Assembly (NCBI GenBank): GCA_016787985.1
Contig: JAEUTC010000043.1
Coordinates: 17,145 to 81,144 of the forward strand
Source: Flavobacteriales bacterium
Lineage (GTDB): Bacteria; Bacteroidota; Bacteroidia; Flavobacteriales_F; PHOS-HE28
Direction: 5' to 3'
DNA: 64,000 nucleotides
In this document: piece by piece, positions 44,871-52,454 of the stretch
Position numbering within the stretch: position 1 is the first letter of the stretch
Layout of the letters: each line of letters starts with the position of its first letter
Translations under genes and position numbers: made by a program
Notes under the pieces: generated by a model
The model's database searches: none
Told to the model about the DNA's origin: nothing
What the model saw: only the letters and a program-made list of their open reading frames with translations

Positions 44871-45454
44871 GGCTCTTCCGGGAATAAGACGTGATACTTC
44901 GCCAACGCTCGCTCCCGCGCCCGCATGGAGCGCATCTTCACGGCGCTTTCGGAAAGGGCCAGGACATCCATCATGTCCTTCACGGACAATTCATCCTGGT
45001 ACTTCATCAGCAGAATGCCGCGGTCCGCAGGTTCCAAGACATCAAGAACCTTGGCCAGGCGGTCCGCCCGAAGGGAGAGCAGCTCGGCTTCATAGCGTTC
45101 ATCGGCTCCATCATCGATGCGCTCGTCGTCGTCCAACTCGGAGGTCCGCTGCTTTTGGTCCTTGCGCAGATGGTCAAGGCAATAGTTGTAGGTGATGCTG
45201 TACAACCACGTCCCGAAACGACTGCGGTGGTCGAACTTCGTCAGGTTCACGAACGCCTTCAGGAAGATGTCGTGCGTAAGGTCCTGCGCTAGTTCCTTGT
45301 TCCGCGTCATGCTCACGCATTTCTGGAATACCTTGCTCGAGTAGCGGTCGTACAGGATCCCGAAACGGTCCGCGTCCATGTCCCGCTGAAGCTCCGCCAC
45401 GAGGTCCTCGTCGCTAAGCTGGCTGACCGGCTTGGCCTTCTTCCTGAACAACAC
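44867..45454 (-). CDS. RNA polymerase ECF-type sigma-70 family factor
   Basis: Region 2 (DLTHDIFLKAFVNLTKFD..SRFGTWLYSITYNYCLDHLR) and region 4 (LLMKYQDELSVKDMMDVLALSESAVKMRSMRARERL). Confidence 0.9.
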   Translation of the reverse strand: MLFRKKAKPVSQLSDEDLVAELQRDMDADRFGILYDRYSSKVFQKCVSMTRNKELAQDLTHDIFLKAFVNLTKFDHRSRFGTWLYSITYNYCLDHLRKDQKQRTSELDDDERIDDGADERYEAELLSLRADRLAKVLDVLEPADRGILLMKYQDELSVKDMMDVLALSESAVKMRSMRARERALAKYHVLFPEEP

Positions 45455-46079
45455 TTGGGGAGAGCGTATTCGCCGTTTGGACGTGGAGCGGTGAAAAGGT
45501 CACATACGTCGGATCGGAAGCCTGAAAGAAGGCTGAAGGACGCTGCTTATTGATGAGGATGCCGACCGGTGTGTACCCATGGTGCTACGACGCGAAGCCA
45601 CCTGGGAGAGGCGCTGGCTGATAAAGACACTCAAGCCACCTTGATTGACCCGACTAAAGTCAGTTCACAAAGCACGAGCTTGTTGTGCCTCTTGGCGCGA
45701 AAGTACAGCAGACCACTAAATCGCTGCTACCTTGCAATGAAACGCCATTTTGACATCACAATGCACTACCTACTCACAACTAAGTGGTATCCCAGAGCTC
45801 TAGGTTGCGCCATTATGTCATTTGACCAGCGCTCCAACAGCCTTCCTCTCTACAAGATACGACGTCCTACCCACACCTGAGTTATGAACGACTTGCTGTT
45901 CCATGACAATACCCACTCTTGAATCAAAGAATCCATCATTTGACTGATTATCTGACACTTATATCCTCCTCTACTGCCCACATACAACACAACCGGTCAA
46001 GTTAGTTATTAAGGGGTCCTCATTCTGACACGGTATTTGGATGTAACATTGTGCAGCACACCAGATTGTTGATAACATG

Positions 46080-46110
46080 TTGACAAGAAAACGCACAGAG
46101 GGTAGATTTG
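46080..46110 (+). promoter_or_regulatory. Candidate Bacteroidota sigma-A promoter for the islet operon (TTG-N20-TAGATTTG)
   Basis: TTG at 46080-46082 and TAGATTTG (TAnnTTTG consensus) at 46103-46110, about 55 nt upstream of the first ATG (46166). It is overlapped by the imperfect palindrome TTGATAACA|TGTTGACAA (46069-46086, 7 of 9 pairs). Confidence 0.35.
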
Positions 46111-46165
46111 GCAAATATTTGGAGGCGTCCAGCAGAAGGTCTTCGACTAATGAACTCTAAGGCCG

Positions 46166-46396
46166 ATGAATCCAATTGAACTAGCAGACCTCATTAGGCA
46201 GTACTCGACTAATGCCAAGGTCAATCGTGAGAACTACGAGGCTGAGTTGCTTCGCATTGTTCAGGACGAGAATCAATTCAACGAACGCGTAATCAACCTT
46301 CATCGCGAGCGTGAACGAATGGAGGAAGAAGCAGAAGCCAATCGCTCATTCGATCCTGAAGTACTTCGTGTTGTGATATCTTATAAGGCCCGTTGA
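46166..46396 (+). CDS. Islet gene A: 76-aa highly charged, predicted all-helical (coiled-coil-like) protein, unknown function
   Basis: MNPIELADLIRQYSTNAKVNRENYEAELLRIVQDENQFNERVINLHRERERMEEEAEANRSF... It has no Cys/His metal motif, no TM segment and no HTH pattern that I can recognise. It ends 21 nt before gene B. Confidence 0.6.
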   Translation: MNPIELADLIRQYSTNAKVNRENYEAELLRIVQDENQFNERVINLHRERERMEEEAEANRSFDPEVLRVVISYKAR

Positions 46397-46417
46397 GTTC
46401 TACGCTCAACGCTAATA

Positions 46418-48013
46418 ATGACATCAAGTTCTTCCTGGTCTCACTACATCTGCCCAGAAGCTCAGAGTCCAAGTGAGTGGATTCTTGAGACTCTAGTCAA
46501 AATTGCAAGGAAACGCTTTCCCAGCTATAAGTACAAGGACTTAAAGAGAGATGCCCATCTCGGTTACTTCGCGGACTACTTCTCAAGTCAATCTAGGTTC
46601 ATCGCGGCAACAATCATATGTGAGCACGAATATCACAGTGTGAGCTATGCGAGTGACTATTCGAGGTATTATAGTCAAGCGCATCGCAACATTGAGAAGA
46701 AAGTTGCTCGGATTCACTTCTTCTCAGAACGTCTTCCTCGTAAAACTATAATTGATTCGTTAGGTACAGCAAATTTTAAAACGTACGTCGCAGAGAATTA
46801 TCTTGGTCATATAACGCTGAAGCCCATTCTAAACTCACTTGTAGGAGCCTCTATAGTCAAGACATACCCACAAACGAAAGCCAGATTTTTTTCCGTTGTA
46901 CGGAACTATACCGTCAATCTCTTTGGAGAAGACATTAATTTAAAATCACTTGTATTCCAACAACAAGATGGCGCGGTAAGCGCATGTGCCACTGCTGCAC
47001 TATGGATGGCCTTCCACAAAACACATCTTGATTTCAGACATGCACTGCATACACCTCACGAAATCACATCACTAGCAGGCTATGGGGACGGTGTTGGTCG
47101 AAACTTTCCCAGCACAGGACTTGATGTAAACCAAATTATTTCCGCAATAGCTGCCCATGGCCTCGACCCTGAGTTGCGCACTCGAAACAAGTTTAAGACT
47201 ACATATCTGAAAGACGACCAACTCGTCACAGAGTCGGTGCTTGAACCCATTTTCCTAAAACGATTCGCATATTCATACCTATCAGCTCAAATACCAGTGC
47301 TACTTGGCTTCAACTATGGTACTGCGTATCACCTAGTCACACTAAACGGATACCGTTTTGTTGATGACGAGAAAGAAATTATGTCCTTGAATCATGTCAA
47401 AGACGACCATCCAATGATAGCTGATTATTTATGCCGACTTTATTGTCATGATGATCAAATTGGCCCTTTCGCTCGAATTGGTTTTCCTCAGTATTTTCCG
47501 AATGCAATTTCTTTCATGCAGGAAAGCAAAATAGCTTACCCCAGAGTTTTGATTGTGCCTTTGCAAACTAGTATAAGAGTGAATTATAATGACATTAGCG
47601 ATGTAGTGCGATGGACACATCTTCAATATAAAGTGCCGGGGCAGCCAACGCCATATATATGGGATATTAGACTCCTCCGCAGTAATGACTACAAAAGGAC
47701 AGCATGCCGCAATCGAGGAATTTTACCATCGATTCGAGAAAAAATCGTAACCGCCTCATTGCCTAAATATGTTTGGGTTGCCTCCCAATACGCTGCGACA
47801 GATTTGCAACACCCTCTAATGGACATGGTATTTGATTCAACTGGCACTCGTGGTGCCTTCTGTTGTGACATGATTCATTTCTATAGTCCTGCCCAAGCAA
47901 ATCTGGCTCGAAGAGTATTTGAACAGGTACTAGCAAGTAGTAAGGATGACTACCCCGACTTTTATGCAGACATGATCGTCGAGTCCGCAACGAAACACCT
48001 TGCAAACACATGA
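46418..48013 (+). CDS. Islet gene B: 531-aa protein with a central clan-CA (papain / C39_2 / phytochelatin-synthase-like) Cys-His core flanked by unknown N- and C-terminal domains
   Basis: FQQQDGAVSAC(190)ATAALWMAF follows the Q-x6-C-[AG]-x-[AT]-[AS]-L-x-M oxyanion-Gln/nucleophile-Cys pattern. AYH(305)LVTLNGY follows the GH.VV..GY His-strand pattern. LYCHD(345)D(346)QIGP is a candidate third residue. Codons were verified: TGT at 46985-46987 and CAC at 47330-47332. Confidence 0.85.
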   Translation: MTSSSSWSHYICPEAQSPSEWILETLVKIARKRFPSYKYKDLKRDAHLGYFADYFSSQSRFIAATIICEHEYHSVSYASDYSRYYSQAHRNIEKKVARIHFFSERLPRKTIIDSLGTANFKTYVAENYLGHITLKPILNSLVGASIVKTYPQTKARFFSVVRNYTVNLFGEDINLKSLVFQQQDGAVSACATAALWMAFHKTHLDFRHALHTPHEITSLAGYGDGVGRNFPSTGLDVNQIISAIAAHGLDPELRTRNKFKTTYLKDDQLVTESVLEPIFLKRFAYSYLSAQIPVLLGFNYGTAYHLVTLNGYRFVDDEKEIMSLNHVKDDHPMIADYLCRLYCHDDQIGPFARIGFPQYFPNAISFMQESKIAYPRVLIVPLQTSIRVNYNDISDVVRWTHLQYKVPGQPTPYIWDIRLLRSNDYKRTACRNRGILPSIREKIVTASLPKYVWVASQYAATDLQHPLMDMVFDSTGTRGAFCCDMIHFYSPAQANLARRVFEQVLASSKDDYPDFYADMIVESATKHLANT

Positions 48014-48732
48014 ACTACCTGGCAAAATATCAAGGAGCAACCAAATCATGGGTGCATGAGCCCGTATCAAATGAAAGACTAGTTGAAGACCTACCTGAGT
48101 TGCTGAGTAAGGTGAATAGAGACCTCGACTTTGTCTGTATGTTCAATGGTGGTGATTGGAGTGAGCTCAATTTAGTGCTTCAGAATCCAGAGTTTCAAAA
48201 GGAGCTGCATGAAATAAGCAAGAATAAAGTTCTCTTTGTTCATCTCGTTATGAAAGGCCGAAATGATACTGGAGAGCGATTCGGCGATTTGGCACAAATC
48301 GAATTCGGCGATGACAGTAGAGCCGAATTTTGGCGAGCCTTTCTGGCGAAGAATTTTAAAGATCGGGCAGGTTCTTACATAGAGGAAATGTCTGACCTTC
48401 TAAGCAGGCCGTCAATCGCAATTTTTCGATTGTTCCGTAACTTGGATTCTAACGAAGCTCAGAGTATTGAAGATGCATTTGTACAGCCATTAATGCCAGT
48501 TTCGCGGGCAGCATACGAGAGAGACCCACTTAAGGTAGACGACATTTATGAATCCACTCTGGAGTACTTCAAGCTCATTAATGATCAAATCATTAGTGAC
48601 CAGCAACATTGGCAGGACATGAAAAAAAGAGAAGATATGCGCACATGGCTGGAGCCCCTAATCAAGAACACCCCAAAGGGGGTAAGTCTCTCAAAAATAA
48701 TTGTAATGAGCGCTTCTCAGTTCTTTGGATAA
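48010..48732 (+). CDS. Islet gene C: 240-aa soluble protein of unknown function, translationally coupled to gene B
   Basis: ATGA start/stop overlap at 48010-48013. No TM segment, signal peptide, P-loop, nuclease or other catalytic motif recognised. Same low G+C as gene B. Confidence 0.8.
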   Translation: MNYLAKYQGATKSWVHEPVSNERLVEDLPELLSKVNRDLDFVCMFNGGDWSELNLVLQNPEFQKELHEISKNKVLFVHLVMKGRNDTGERFGDLAQIEFGDDSRAEFWRAFLAKNFKDRAGSYIEEMSDLLSRPSIAIFRLFRNLDSNEAQSIEDAFVQPLMPVSRAAYERDPLKVDDIYESTLEYFKLINDQIISDQQHWQDMKKREDMRTWLEPLIKNTPKGVSLSKIIVMSASQFFG

Positions 48733-48998
48733 ATGTGAGTACAGGCTTCCTCATTTCTTGGCTGTAAACTTCACAAAGGTTCGGCCAAGTGATAGCCGGG
48801 TGGCCGGAGGGTGCCCCGTTAATCCAAGTCTCATTCAAAAAGGGTACTCAAAACACCACTTTGGAAAGAAGAAAGGTTGTCAAAGAACAACTTTGGCTGA
48901 TTCAGGGTGGACAAGAGTAGAACCAATTGCTAGTTAACTCAATTTATGGCTGTGCGATGTACGTTAATGCATGATGCACACACTAAAAGTAATTCATG

Positions 48999-49073
48999 TG
49001 GGCAATGCCGGATTCGAACCAGCGACCCCTACCTTGTCGAGGTAGTGCTCTGAACCAGCTGAGCTAATTGCCC
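48999..49073 (-). tRNA. tRNA-Val (anticodon GAC), no encoded CCA; unusual C at canonical position 33
   Basis: Manual cloverleaf: GGGCAAT TA GCTC AGCTGGTTCA GAGC A CTACC TCGACAA GGTAG GGGTC GCTGG TTCGAAT CCGGC ATTGCCC A. All four stems pair, with one G-U in the T stem. The overall sequence resembles bacterial tRNA-Val. Confidence 0.85.
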
Positions 49074-49091
49074 GTTCCCTGCGGAGGGCGG

Positions 49092-49099
49092 CAAATATA
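49092..49099 (-). promoter_or_regulatory. Candidate -7 box TATATTTG for the tRNA-Val gene
   Basis: On the minus strand TATATTTG ends 18 nt upstream of the mature tRNA 5' end (49073). No obvious -33 TTTG. Confidence 0.3.
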
Positions 49100-49216
49100 T
49101 GGTTCTGTGCCGGATTTGCGGCCCCTTGGTCCGATTTCTGATGGTCCGTCCGTGCACATCCTGATCGGGATCAGTCAGGTTGTGGTGCGTTGGCGCTAGT
49201 TTTGCGCCCGAAAGCC

Positions 49217-49855
49217 ATGCCACCAGCCAAAGCAGCCACCAGCGGTAGGATCTTCCAGAATCCTGTTCTGGAAGCGCTCACCAAGACCCACATCGCCGTT
49301 CCCTTGACCATTTTCTTCGGTCTTGGCGCCGTTTCCGGGTATTTCTCGGTACATGTCATGGGGTTCTCGGTGCTCAACACCGTATCCATGTACTTGGTCG
49401 GTGCGCTTTTCTTCACCTTCATCGAGTACATCGCCCATCGCAAGTTGTACCACATGGGCACCTCAGGTAGTGAGCGGAAAGCCCGCATTCAGTACATCAT
49501 GCATGGCGTGCACCACGATCATCCGCGCGATAAGAAACGCCTGGCCCTCCCGCCCGTCGTTTCCGTGGTGCTGGCCACCCTGTTCATGGGCTTGTTCCGC
49601 TTGGTGCTCGGCCCCAGCGGCATTGCCTTCGGTGGTGGGTTCATGACCGGCTACGCCACCTATTTGATGGTCCACTACGCGGTGCATACCATGAATCCGC
49701 CCAAGAACATCTTCGGCGTGCTCTGGAAGCACCATAACCTGCACCACTATGTGGGCGACAAAGGCGCTTTTGGTGTGAGTTCGCCCCTTTGGGACTACGT
49801 CTTCGGTACCATGCCCGAGGACCCCAAGGCCGGTCGCCGTCCGGTTTCGGCCTGA
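49217..49855 (+). CDS. Fatty acid hydroxylase / sterol desaturase family membrane protein
   Basis: Three His boxes: HRKLYH, HGVHHDH and HNLHHY. Four hydrophobic segments. ATG at 49217 was preferred over the listed TTG at 49190. Confidence 0.85.
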   Translation: MPPAKAATSGRIFQNPVLEALTKTHIAVPLTIFFGLGAVSGYFSVHVMGFSVLNTVSMYLVGALFFTFIEYIAHRKLYHMGTSGSERKARIQYIMHGVHHDHPRDKKRLALPPVVSVVLATLFMGLFRLVLGPSGIAFGGGFMTGYATYLMVHYAVHTMNPPKNIFGVLWKHHNLHHYVGDKGAFGVSSPLWDYVFGTMPEDPKAGRRPVSA

Positions 49856-49862
49856 TCCCGCC

Positions 49863-50678
49863 ATGCAGGCTGCACGCTTCGGGCTTTGGAGCTTGCGACC
49901 TGGAGCACGAGGTTGGTTCTTTCTGGTGCCGCTGTTCGGCCTGATCACGGCGTGCGGCGAACCCGATACCACCGGGATCCTCCTCATCGGCCATGGCGGC
50001 CTAGGGCCCGATGCCCCCCACCCTATGAACAGCCAAGAAGCTTTTGTGGGGGCTTTGGAACAGGGCTTGGACGGCGTGGAGATCGATGTGCAACTGACCA
50101 AGGACTCTCAGCTGGTGGCCCACCATGATCACGCCCTGAGCAGCAACGGCTGTTCGGGTCGCATCCACGACCATACCTGGAAGGAATTACAGATGTGTGA
50201 ACAGTCCGAGCAGGCCGAGGGTGCTTTCCATGGCGTGCAGGTCCCATCGTTGATCGAGGAGCTTCAACGTCGCTTTCCCAAAGCACACTACACCCTGGAT
50301 GTGAAACTGAATAGCGGGGCCGATTGGTGGAGCTACCTGCACACAACCGCCCGCGCCATCGCACGCCTACATGCACAGCTGGGATCTAAGGACAACCTCA
50401 CGGTGGAATGTCGTACGCCGGATCTCCTGCGCGCCATGGCCGAAAGCGCCCCTGGCGTGCCTTACCACTTGATCACCGAGGATGTGTCGAAGGACCTTTC
50501 GACCGCTGTGGCTCTCGGGTGCGCGGGCATTACGGTACAAGCGGATGCAGTGGATGCCGATGAGGCAGCGGCCATCCACGAAGCCGGTCTCGCATTGACG
50601 CTGTATGGAGTGGGATCTCCCTGGAGCTTGAAGCGTGCGATCGCCCTCAAGCCTGAAGCCATCCAAGTGGACCTTTAA
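49863..50678 (+). CDS. Glycerophosphodiester phosphodiesterase family lipoprotein
   Basis: Lipobox LFGLITACG. GHGGLG...PMNSQEAFVGALEQGLDGVEIDVQLTKDSQLVAHHD follows the GDPD pattern. Confidence 0.85.
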   Translation: MQAARFGLWSLRPGARGWFFLVPLFGLITACGEPDTTGILLIGHGGLGPDAPHPMNSQEAFVGALEQGLDGVEIDVQLTKDSQLVAHHDHALSSNGCSGRIHDHTWKELQMCEQSEQAEGAFHGVQVPSLIEELQRRFPKAHYTLDVKLNSGADWWSYLHTTARAIARLHAQLGSKDNLTVECRTPDLLRAMAESAPGVPYHLITEDVSKDLSTAVALGCAGITVQADAVDADEAAAIHEAGLALTLYGVGSPWSLKRAIALKPEAIQVDL

Positions 50679-50681
50679 CGC

Positions 50682-52454
50682 TCACTGCGCTCGGATGAGG
50701 CGCAGGTCTTCCTGTTCGAGCATGATGGCATACTCGTTCCTGAATCCGTTCTCCGCACCGGTGCGGCTCATTCGGAAACCCATGTGCAACGGCTCCGTGC
50801 GCACCTGGTCGAAATGCTCAGCGAATCCAAGCCCTTCGGAGAGGAGCGCTTTGAGGTAGAAGAAGGTGACATCGAATCCCAGCAACGCGTACTCGTCCAC
50901 ATCGGTCTTGTACCGCTCGCGATAGGCCGTGGTGAAATCGAGCACTCGCGGGTCGGTTGGATCGAAGAAAATTCCGGCCGCGTAGGTGAAGTCCAAGACC
51001 TCAAGGTCCGTGATGGATACCGACGGCATGCCATACCATGACTCCATTCCGACCAAGCGGATCTTGTGTTTGGTGGCCATCCCTTTCAACTTCGTCACCA
51101 GCGCGGTCACGAACTCCACGTCCTCGCTCGGGGCCACGATCACATTGAGTCGGCCGGCGTCCAATTTGCTCATCAGATCCGCGAAATCGCGCTTACCGGG
51201 CTTGGCGACCAACACCGAATCACGCAACCGTTCACTGCGCTGCACCAAGACCTCGTTCAAGGCCACACGCACCTGGTCCTGGGTCTCCTTTTCATTGGCG
51301 ATCTCCGGACGGAGCAGGATCACGTTCGAGGCGGCGTACTTGTTGGCCACATAACGGGCTGCATGCTTCACCAGATCGGAGCGTGTGGGCACCACCTTGC
51401 TCACCGTAGGCATCCCCAGGATCACCTTATTGCTTTGCTGCACCGGACACACGATGTGCGCGCGCTGATTGGTGCGCGCGAGCTGCTCGATGGCAGTGCG
51501 ATGGAATGGGCCGATGAAGAGGTCGTACTCCTGGATCTCGGGCTTGCGGATCACGGTGTTCCAATCCTTCAGACCATCACCCATGTCCACCACGTCCACG
51601 TCGGCGTGCAGGCCGATCTTCCGCAGTGAATCGATGGCCATGCGGGCACCGTTATGGAACTGGATGGCCACACGGGTGGGTTCGTAGTAGGTGGCCTTTT
51701 CGCCGGAGGTCGCTCGGGAGAGCACGCTATCGTTGCGTTGGATGGAGAACGGGAGCAGCATGGCCACCTTGTAGCGCATGTGCTCCTTGATCCGCACCAA
51801 CGGCTCCGCCGGGCTTTCCTCCTCCACCGCGCTGGGTATGATGATCGAGGCACCCGTCTTCAACCCTTCGGGCAATCCTCCGTTGGCTGCGCGGATGGCT
51901 TCGGGGTCAACACCATAGCGCTTGCCCAACCCGAACAAAGTCTCGCCCGGCTGCACCGTGTGGTCGCCACCGGTGCCCGGCGTAGCTGGAAGCAAGGCTT
52001 TCGGCGGCGCACCACCCACCTTCGCCACCGGGATGATCAGTTCCATTCCCTCCTTCAATGTCAACCCCGCCGGATTGCGCTCGAGCAATTGGTTGATATC
52101 CACATTGTACAGCCTGGAGATCCCGAAGAGCGTCTCCTTCTTGCGGACCACGTGCACCAGTTCGCCATCGTTCCGCAGTACCGGCGCCGACTTCAACTCC
52201 TTCTTCACCACGGCATCCAGCGGTATGAGCACTTCCTCTCCGATGCTGAGTCCATCTTGCGCCGAAGGGTTGGAGGCGAGCAACACGTCCACCGGCACCG
52301 CCTTGGCCCGTGCGATCCCGAAAAGCGTTTGACCGGCTTCCACCACATGCACCGCATACTTGCGGCCGTTCAGCACGCGCTGCTCCTGTGCCAGGGATGC
52401 CAAAGCCTGGCAGGCACAGAAAAGAAAGGTCACGATGCGGAAGTTCACTCCCAT
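50682..52454 (-). CDS. LysM-repeat protein fused to a type-1 periplasmic-binding-protein-like domain
   Basis: Signal peptide [23 protein letters not shown]. Four LysM units (H.V..G(Q/E)TLFGI(A/S)R.Y) followed by a ~380-aa PBP1-like domain. The start was trimmed; it overlaps the guaA stop by 10 nt. Confidence 0.85.
   Translation of the reverse strand: MGVNFRIVTFLFCACQALASLAQEQRVLNGRKYAVHVVEAGQTLFGIARAKAVPVDVLLASNPSAQDGLSIGEEVLIPLDAVVKKELKSAPVLRNDGELVHVVRKKETLFGISRLYNVDINQLLERNPAGLTLKEGMELIIPVAKVGGAPPKALLPATPGTGGDHTVQPGETLFGLGKRYGVDPEAIRAANGGLPEGLKTGASIIIPSAVEEESPAEPLVRIKEHMRYKVAMLLPFSIQRNDSVLSRATSGEKATYYEPTRVAIQFHNGARMAIDSLRKIGLHADVDVVDMGDGLKDWNTVIRKPEIQEYDLFIGPFHRTAIEQLARTNQRAHIVCPVQQSNKVILGMPTVSKVVPTRSDLVKHAARYVANKYAASNVILLRPEIANEKETQDQVRVALNEVLVQRSERLRDSVLVAKPGKRDFADLMSKLDAGRLNVIVAPSEDVEFVTALVTKLKGMATKHKIRLVGMESWYGMPSVSITDLEVLDFTYAAGIFFDPTDPRVLDFTTAYRERYKTDVDEYALLGFDVTFFYLKALLSEGLGFAEHFDQVRTEPLHMGFRMSRTGAENGFRNEYAIMLEQEDLRLIRAQ

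Larger units (their letters stand above)
45640..48998. mobile_element. AT-rich genomic islet abutting the 3' end of tRNA-Val; no integrase, transposase or att repeat seen
   Basis: Hand-counted 60-nt lines give 35% (47401-47460) and 47% (46441-46500) G+C inside, versus 60% (44881-44940) and 52% (49441-49500) outside. The left edge is approximate; the right edge is the tRNA discriminator base. The islet holds a 3-gene plus-strand operon flanked by minus-strand host genes. Confidence 0.55.

Noticed and set aside
45455-45560. ECF-type autoregulatory promoter upstream of the sigma factor gene (GTGACC...CGTC on the minus strand)
   Set aside because: The spacing between the -35-like ACC and the CGTC is about 14 nt, shorter than the usual 16-17 nt, so the match is too weak to report as a feature.
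45455-45760. Search for an att-type direct repeat of the tRNA-Val 3' end at the left islet border
   Set aside because: By eye, only a 6-nt match (GCAATG at about 45734) to the tRNA 3' segment was found, which is not significant. No integrase gene or fragment was recognised. I therefore do not call a bounded integrative element. A computational repeat search is still needed.
45569-45880. 103-aa ORF in the islet leader
   Set aside because: It spans the compositional junction. Its sequence is implausible (MCTHGATTRSHLGEALADKDTQ...YKIRRPTHT), with no motif and no promoter or start context. It is most likely a chance ORF.
48010-48732. Idea that islet gene C is a gasdermin-like or pore-forming effector cleaved by gene B
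   Set aside because: There are no amphipathic beta-hairpin or TM features and no similarity that I can recognise to bacterial gasdermins. Those are also usually paired with caspase-like or subtilase proteases. The idea is kept only as an untested possibility.
48725-48937. 70-aa ORF between islet gene C and the tRNA
   Set aside because: It overlaps the end of gene C out of frame, has a Cys/Gly/Lys-rich nonsense-like sequence, and has no start context.
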